From Chrysomallon squamiferum (taxonomy: Eukaryota > Animalia > Mollusca): a stretch of DNA of 64,000 nt. This document shows, piece after piece, positions 55,745-64,000 of the stretch; the stretch's first letter is position 1, and every line of letters starts with the position of its first letter. The position numbers were made by a program, and so were the translations under genes. Under the pieces are notes generated by a model, which was given only the letters and a program-made list of their open reading frames with translations, did not search any database and had not been told where the DNA came from. The DNA is taken from the NCBI GenBank assembly GCA_012295275.1, contig CM022670.1:14756001-14820000 (forward strand), written 5' to 3'.

Positions 55745-56448
55745 ATCGAAATCAATTTAATTACAAACGATAATACAAAAGAAATTACGAGAAAATACTT
55801 TTAAAACTGAATTGTTTGAATTTCCAGTTCTTGTTTTTTCATTTCTTTTTCGATTTTTCTTTATTCTTTATTATTATTACTATTATTATTACTATTATTA
55901 TTATTATCATCATCATTGTGTTTATGATTATTATTATTATTATTATTATTATTATTTCCAAAATTTTATGGGTTTTTTTTTTTTTTTTTTAAACATAAGA
56001 AAATAGTGTTAACAATATCAGAATACACAATCTCAAAATTTTTGTAGAGCTTCGTTTGCTTATACATTAGCGTCAAATGCTCTCCGAATCCACTGCATTT
56101 GTGCTGTCGAATTTGTACGTGATTGAAAATACAAATTAAAGTGACCCTTCCCAGTAGAAATGGATTAAATTTTGTTTGTTTGTTTTTGTTTTTTTTTTTG
56201 CTATTATTATCGAATGATGCTTACAAAACAAAAACAAACAAACAAACAAACAACAATAAAACCAGAAAAAAAAAGTACAAATAACAACAATGGAATCGTT
56301 TGAGAAATAAAAAAGAAAACCTACACATTTTCTCTTTTTATAATGCTCATGGGTCAGTATTAGACTGGATGTTGATTGCAGAATGACACGTTACAATGAT
56401 ATTCAAATTAAGTCTAAGCTGACAACTAAAGGTAAAAATTAAGAATTT

Positions 56449-56489
<41 letters not shown>

Positions 56490-59400
56490 CCATACAAACA
56501 ACAAACAAATAAATAAATGCATTTTAAACATAACAACAATAATAATAAAAATAATAATAATAAACATAACAATAATAATGATAATAATAAATAAAAACAT
56601 GAATTTATTTTTAAGTATCCATCGGTCGTGAAAGATGCGATGGGTGACCAGGCGCATGCGCAACAAGAACAGGACATATAAAATTACCGCCTTTAATTAC
56701 AAACGACCATCCCAGCGACAGTGACTCAGTTTCGTGTTGTTTTAATCTTTACATGAAAATAATCCTCGTTTTTGTTCATATAGCCTATATATAGATATCG
56801 TGGGCAAGGAATTTAAATCTTTGGCCGGTATCCGTAGCTAGGTATATAAAGTTAAAAAAGGTTTATTTCAGTATCATATTCAGTTTTTCTATATATTAAT
56901 AAATTTGAAGACAATCCCAAATAACAATTTGGATGTCTTAATATCCATGCGATTCGACCGCCACTATTAGTACGATAAAAAAAAAAAAATAAAAAAAAAA
57001 AACAGCATGCTGCTTCCAGTTGATCTTTGCGTCATATTGTATATAACACAGAAATCAAATTTTATTACCAGTTTTACTGTTACTGTTATAAGAAGCGCAT
57101 TATCATAATTCGCCACAGTTTGTACCATAGGGTCTGATAGCTGATCCAGCTAAACATGAGTTTTTAAAGATTAGTTGTTAACTGTAATTTTTACCTTTCA
57201 CTAGTTTAATTGTTTGCGAAATGAGTAAATTATAAGAGCCATAGTACATTTTTGTTGTTTATTGTTATTTTTTCTTATATATTCCCTTGGGCAATATTGT
57301 CTGTAAATATAATTTCGTTTTTATATTACATTATTTTATTATCTTCTTTTTTCCTTCACCATTATTATTATTAGTTCTATTTTAATAAATAAGTTAAATT
57401 TTATTTTAAAGTAATTATTTTTATAAATTTTTATTTATATTTGTTTGTTTTTAATTTATGTAAAAAATATGAAGCATCAACAGGAATTTAAATGTTACAG
57501 ATGATTCGAAAATCTCAAAAATAAATAATAATCCCAAATAAAAATCCTATCTATAGACCTTTTTCCAACCCATAAGACAGTGCGCATATATATACAAGTA
57601 CACTGCTTTACATAATTACAACCATTTATATCACTATTTTACATTTAGAAAGTCGCAAACACGCCGCAGTTTGACGTATTGTGAAATTTTACTTGATAAT
57701 AACTTGTTTTATTATTCAAATACATCGTAGTTGAGGACCGAGAATTTATCAATATATATAGCAGCAATCGGGATAATTGCGAGACTAGAGGAGGAGAAAT
57801 GGGAACAACCAGAATGATATAAAAAACACAGAACAATCGGTCTCTAAATCATTCGAACATCGGCGACATTTTGTTTTGTTTGTTTTGTCGCGAACATAAT
57901 GTTAGGAGCACTGCGATTGGTCCAAATTAGAAATCGCGCTATTTATAAATAGGACACCGCAACCAAACCTGTAACTGACAATTTAACACGAATAATAAAC
58001 CGCGCTGACACCACGCATTTGACCTCACTTTATTACTCTTTATCTTTGCCCTAATTGGTGAACTGGAGTTTTGCGGAACTATTATGTCAATTCAGAAAAG
58101 AACTTCCATAAAAAAGAACTTCAGCGTAAAAGTTTAAAATTAATTTGTGAAAAAATATAAATCTAGTTGAGTCTATTTTTTGTATGATGATGATGATGAT
58201 GATGATGATAATAACAACAATAATAACAATAATAATGACACAAAGAATAATAAAGAATAATACCAACAATAATGATAATATAATAATAATAATAATAACA
58301 ACGACGACAGTAATAACAGATAAAAAAATCTTTTCTTTTTCATTTATTTATGGACTGTCGCTCTGACAGACAGTAAATCATTCGAGTACGATCGTGATCG
58401 AGACGATTAGAGAACTGATTTCACCTTTTGAAGAGCTCTAATTTGGACAATGTGAAAACGTAAATCAGGTTCGGTTTTCCAGGTGATACAAATACATCCA
58501 TATATAATCACTGGTTGTTTTTTTTTGGGTTTTTTTTATTCTTCTTCTGCAACTGATAATTATTTTATCATATAATGATTATATATTTAAGGTATCGTTT
58601 TTCTCAAACATAATTATATCATAATTTCCTATTGCTGTTTTTGGTTCAAATTTATGCATGCTTTTTTTTTTTTTTTTTTCAAAACTTGATATTCTCTAAC
58701 TTAGTTTAAGGAAGAAATTGCGTCATAAACCAGTACATGATTCTCCAGTGAAATGTTACTTACTAGTCATGGCATTGCGGACTCAACGGTACAACCCATT
58801 TCCCATGACTAGTCAATAAATAGTTTTCTCATCCTTCTTCTGTAGAATGTATTAAAAATATTTACGTGGTAAATTTGTTTTTATTATATGTGATTTTCAC
58901 TATAAAAATACTAAACGATAAAAGTTTTCACCATTCTAAATCACGTTTCTAGGTTTTACGTCAGAAACTGGTAAACTCACATTCCGGCCAATATCTCGAA
59001 AGGGGGGAGGTATTGTCTCTTTTATCACATTGGCGTGTTTGTTACAACAACATCAGTAATAATAATAATAATAATAATAATTTTTACAAATCACTAAAGA
59101 AAAGAGATGAGTCTAAATTTCATTTCGTATTTAAAAAATTTTTTTTTATTTCCTACCGTTTTCGAATGTATAGAAAATATATACAGTCATCATCTTTTTA
59201 ATATTCACCCCTTGAATTATTTCCTTAATTTTCTCACTGTTTCTAATCCCCATTCATATGACTGATATGGGTATTCGTGTATAGGTGGGTTTGTAGAGGT
59301 CTTGTTGACACTATCCATTAATTGAACAATATTTTCTCGTAATAACCAAAAAAATGAACGGAGTAACACTGGAATACGTAAATGATATTAGTTAGGTCAG

Positions 59401-59528
59401 ATCTTAATTATTATGTGCATGTACTTTTGTCGGTACGTGACTGCCCATTGTCACGTGGCTACCAAATATTTACATCGATGAATTAGTGTTTCTTGCAGCA
59501 GTACTGACTGAGCTGTGCTGTGGTCAAG

Positions 59529-60020
59529 ATGGGCTGCTGTTCGAGTCGTCTAAACTCGGAATATGTCATATACATCAGAACAGGCGACAGGAAAAATGCG
59601 GGAACCAACGCCAACGTCTTCATAATACTCCACGACGACCAGAAAAACAGTTCCGACACCATCACGCTGAACAACTTTCTGCGAAACGATTTCGAGCAAG
59701 GTAGGTTAGACACCTTCACGGTGCCAAAAAGCAAACTCTCTTCTCTGGGAAGAGTTGAGAAAATTGAAATCTGGAGGGACGATGCTGGGTTTGGTAGCGA
59801 CTGGTATGTTGAAAGAGTTATGGTGGAAAACAGAATGACGAATGACATATCTGTGTTCCCGATACTGCGATGGATTAAACCGGATTACCATTACGTGATA
59901 AAACATCTGGACACGTCGCTTCCCCAGGACGATGATAATTCTGGCCAACGAAGCATGGAACTCGCGGAAAAGAAATTACTGTATCAGTTTGAACAGAAAC
60001 TTCCTGGATTACCTGCACAG
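59529..60020 (+). CDS. Lipoxygenase copy C, first coding exon (PLAT domain); remainder presumably beyond the window end
   Basis: 492-nt open exon MGCCSSRLNSEY...KLPGLPAQ|gtaata, same length as exon 1 of copy B. Intron sequence from ~61400 to 64000 aligns with intron 1 of copy B (27350-29160). Confidence 0.93.
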
Positions 60021-60045
60021 GTAATACTTTTTCAAAATGAAATTT

Positions 60046-60175
<130 letters not shown>

Positions 60176-60309
60176 ATTTCGTAAACGTATGCTTTAAATA
60201 AATTTCAAGATATATCAGTTTATAAATTTTTACTGATTAGTGTTTGAAGACTGAAACTAATCCAAAACGCTTAAATAATTATGCAGTAATCAGTTTTATT
60301 GATAATTAC

Positions 60310-60635
60310 AAAACGATTTACATAAAGATATGTTTGAATCATTAAACGACTTACATTAATATATTTTTAAATCACAAAAAGGTTTACATAAAGATATTTT
60401 TAAATTACTTAAAGATTTACATAAAGATATGTTTGAATCACTAAACGACTTACATTAACATATTTTTAAATCACAAAAAGGTTTACATAAAGATATTTTT
60501 AAATTACTTAAAGATTTACATAAAGATATTTTTAAATCACTAAGAGGTTTACACAAAGATATTTTTAAATTACTAAACCATTTTACATAAAGATATTTTT
60601 AAATTACTAAGCGATTTACATAAAGATATTTTTAA
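60310..60635 (+). repeat. ~33-bp AT-rich minisatellite with a ~99-bp three-unit higher-order repeat
   Basis: Unit tttacataaagatatttttaaattactaaaga; block ~60317-60415 repeats at ~60416-60514. Confidence 0.85.
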
Positions 60636-61356
60636 AGGTTATTTACGAATGTAATTGTTTAAGTAATTGTTTTGTGCGGTAAGCACGTTTAACACATACG
60701 AATGAAAATATTTTTTAAAAGTTATGTCATCAAGCACTGTATTTTTTAAAAATTTAATCCATCAACCTGTTCGTATTAATTTATTTATTTGGGTTTTTTT
60801 TTTTTTTCATTCGGAAATAGAAAAACAGATTCATTGTCTCAATTGAGACTTATTAACATATGTGTATAATTATGTTTAAGTATTTATTTTTATTTTATTT
60901 TTTTCCTCGATGATTCATTATGATGGGCCTGTTTTGTAAGATGTTAATTTAAAATGGGATATCAGATTCTCACATCTGAATTTCTGTTCATTTCTTTTTA
61001 ATGTCTCAAAACATCTGCTGTTAAATGAAGTCGAAAGAAAGTCTTCAGATAATGCAATAGGCGTAATGAAAACACCGAGTCAAAAATATTCACACATAGG
61101 TTTTTTTTAAAATAGTTATTTTAATTAATATTATCTTGAAGTATATTACAGTAATTTATACACATTAATGAAGCTTTGTCAAAGCCATTCCATAACTGTA
61201 ACGCAGAGTTTAAAATAACCGGAAAGTTACGACTGAAATTGCAGATCTTCCGGAAAGCATTCGTGACATCTTGAGACTCAATCCCTTTTCATTAACAAAT
61301 ACGACCTAAGTATTTTCTCTCTTCCAATACTTTTGTAACAAGATTCATTATTTAAT

Positions 61357-61395
61357 TACGAGTATGAACAAAAAATTCCTGGCATGCCCATTCAG
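61357..61395 (+). pseudogene. Displaced relic of the copy-B-type exon-1 3' end (YEYEQKIPGMPIQ + donor) inside intron 1 of LOX-C
   Basis: tacgagtatgaacaaaaaattcctggcatgcccattcag|gtaacgttgtgatatttgtatac matches 27309-27370 almost perfectly. The nearest upstream AG (61341-61342) would give a 53-nt, frame-breaking exon. Confidence 0.85.
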
Positions 61396-61445
61396 GTAAC
61401 GTTGTGATATTTGTATACAATAATATTGTTTAAATACCACCATTA

Positions 61446-61490
<45 letters not shown>

Positions 61491-61855
61491 AATACATTAT
61501 ATATCTATATATATATAATGTATTAATAATTTTGTAAAAATAATAGAAAAGTTTGAAGATCACACCCAACCACCCACACAGGCGAACCCACCCATGTATC
61601 CCACATTATGATGAATATAACAACAGTGGGTAGGTGGTGTACCACATTCTATGTAGAATTCTTAGATATGTCGTATTCATTATGAGTTTTACATGTTCAC
61701 CCTTTCACAGAAAATAGATGAAAGGAAAACTTTCCAAAATGTACAGATTTTGTTTTTAATTTTTAAAATTAAATATTGTGATAATTTCTCTAGTTGGTGG
61801 TTTATGGTTTGAAGTCTTCCACTTAAAATTATACAGATTACTGTTTTACAATGTC

Positions 61856-61989
<134 letters not shown>

Positions 61990-64000
61990 GTTTAAGTGTA
62001 TGATAGAATTTGTGTGTCTATTTTTGTGGGTGGGTGTATGAATGTGTGTGTGAGAGAGAGAGAGAGAGTTTGTGTGGGTATGTGTGTGTGTGAGAGAGTT
62101 TGTGTGTGTGTGTGTGTGTGTGTATGTGTGTGCCAGTGGGTGATATATGAATTCAAACAAGACAAAATATTTGCTATCACATATATGATTTCCACCAAAC
62201 ATTAATATAACATGTTCTTAAACACAGTTATTTTTTCACATAATCAGCTTGTTTTTAATTTGCTGCTTGGACTATTTCCCAGTCCACTTAGTGCTCTGTT
62301 TCTAATTAATCTATGAAAGGCTGCCTTAAAGGCTGTTAAAAAAAAAAAATTTTTTTTTGGGGGGGTGTTGTTTACTTTTTTAAAATAAAAATATCCTTCT
62401 GGTTAATTCATAAAATGACATTTAATAAAAATAATGTTATTAAATACTCATTCTTTTAATCTAATAAGATTCATTCAAGTGATTTACATTTTTGAAATGT
62501 GTACACATTGAGTATTTTATACATATTAAATCCCTTAAACTGGTTAGTGAAACTTTAAATCAAATTACTGCCTTACTTGTATTTACTGTTAAAATAACAT
62601 TTGGGCTTATAAATCCACAATCAAGACTCTGTACCTTAATATTTTTACAAAATGTGTAATTAGATGTTTGAAAATTATATTTCAAAATTTATCTTATTAA
62701 AAATTCTTTATATAAATGCTGAGTAAACTGGTGAACCATATAAACAGGCCTACCAGTTCTGAAAAACATGTCTTTACTTCTGACTGCCAGGTTTCAGAAA
62801 ATAGATAACTTTAAAGATAAAATAAATAAATAAAAGATAAGGTGAAGGACATGGATGAACTTACCCAGGATTCAGATAAATGTTGAGACTTTGACATTTT
62901 CTCTAGGCTGTTTGTGTGAGTTGATATGCTGTTTACTTTGTATATGTTTCTTTATTTATTTTTGTTCTTATTTAATTATTTATTTATTTTGTAATTTATT
63001 TTTTAAGTAGTAGTAGATTCTTGTTATCTATTGTTATGTTGACATTATATTTCACAGTATAAAAGTTAATTTATTTAGGTGTAAAAATCGACACTGAAAG
63101 CTTTTTTATATATATTATGATGAATATAGACTGAAGCATAAATTCTTTATAATAATCATTGTTTTTTTTTTTTTTTTATTGTTATGGATTGGTTTTTGTT
63201 GTTGTTGTTTATTTATTTTTATTTATTTATTTATTACTATTTTTATTTTATTTTTTATTTATTTATATACATATATTTTTTTATTATTTATTATTTATTA
63301 TTTTATTTAATTTTTTTTTTTTTTAATTTCTTTTTAATGTTATTATAGTTATTATTATTTTTTTATTTTTTTTTATTTTTTACTTTATTTATTTATTTAG
63401 AAATTAACTGTTTGTTTGTTCTCTCCAGAAAGTGCAGAAATAAATAAAACTTTTACTAGTCTATTTACTACAATGTTTAAAATTGTTAAATTTGAAAGAG
63501 AAAAACATTTATAATTTTTTTCTTTAATTAATCATACCTAACTGTAAAATAGGAGAACACATTTTACTACACATTTACTTCTTTCTGGTTAACTGGGTAA
63601 AGCACTGACCTGTAATGATGCAGTATTTTATACAAGTTTTTAACTTCAGGTAATTAAAGTTTTTTTACATTGAACTCAGGGTCAGAGTACAAATGTTACT
63701 CATTTGTTTGTCACACAATAAGCTTCCTGTCACCTGTACATGCCAACTTTCCCTCTTTTAAAACCACTCAGTCGTATAATAACAACAACAACAACAACAT
63801 CAGTTATAATACTTTCACTGACAACAACATTATTAATAAAGTGTTCACTGACACAGCAACAACAACATCGTTAATAAAACTGTTTGTTTCTGCAGTTGGT
63901 ACAACAACAACATCAATAATAAAATATCTTTATTCTTTAATTGATATGATAATAGTAGTAGTGGTGGTAGTAGTAGTGGTAATTATAGTAGTAGTAGTAA

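Overview
Very AT-rich, microsatellite-rich, intron-containing animal DNA. A mollusc or other lophotrochozoan origin is inferred from protein and repeat character only. The window is about two periods of a ~29-33 kb tandem segmental duplication. Each unit carries a 15-exon PLAT+lipoxygenase gene: LOX-A lacks exon 1 (before the window), LOX-B is complete at 670 aa, and only exon 1 of LOX-C is present. Between the LOX genes lie passenger fragments of unrelated genes: a FREM2/ECM3-like promoter and first exon, inverted cbEGF/sushi exons, and (unit 2 only) the last five exons of RRM1. The main observation is that LOX-A and LOX-B are nearly identical in scaffold exons but differ at every classical specificity determinant, including the Coffa-Brash site (Gly in A, predicted R; Ala in B, predicted S). 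LOX-B and LOX-C also begin with an MGC(C) myristoylation/palmitoylation-type N-terminus. All exon coordinates and alignments were read by eye; no database searches were run.
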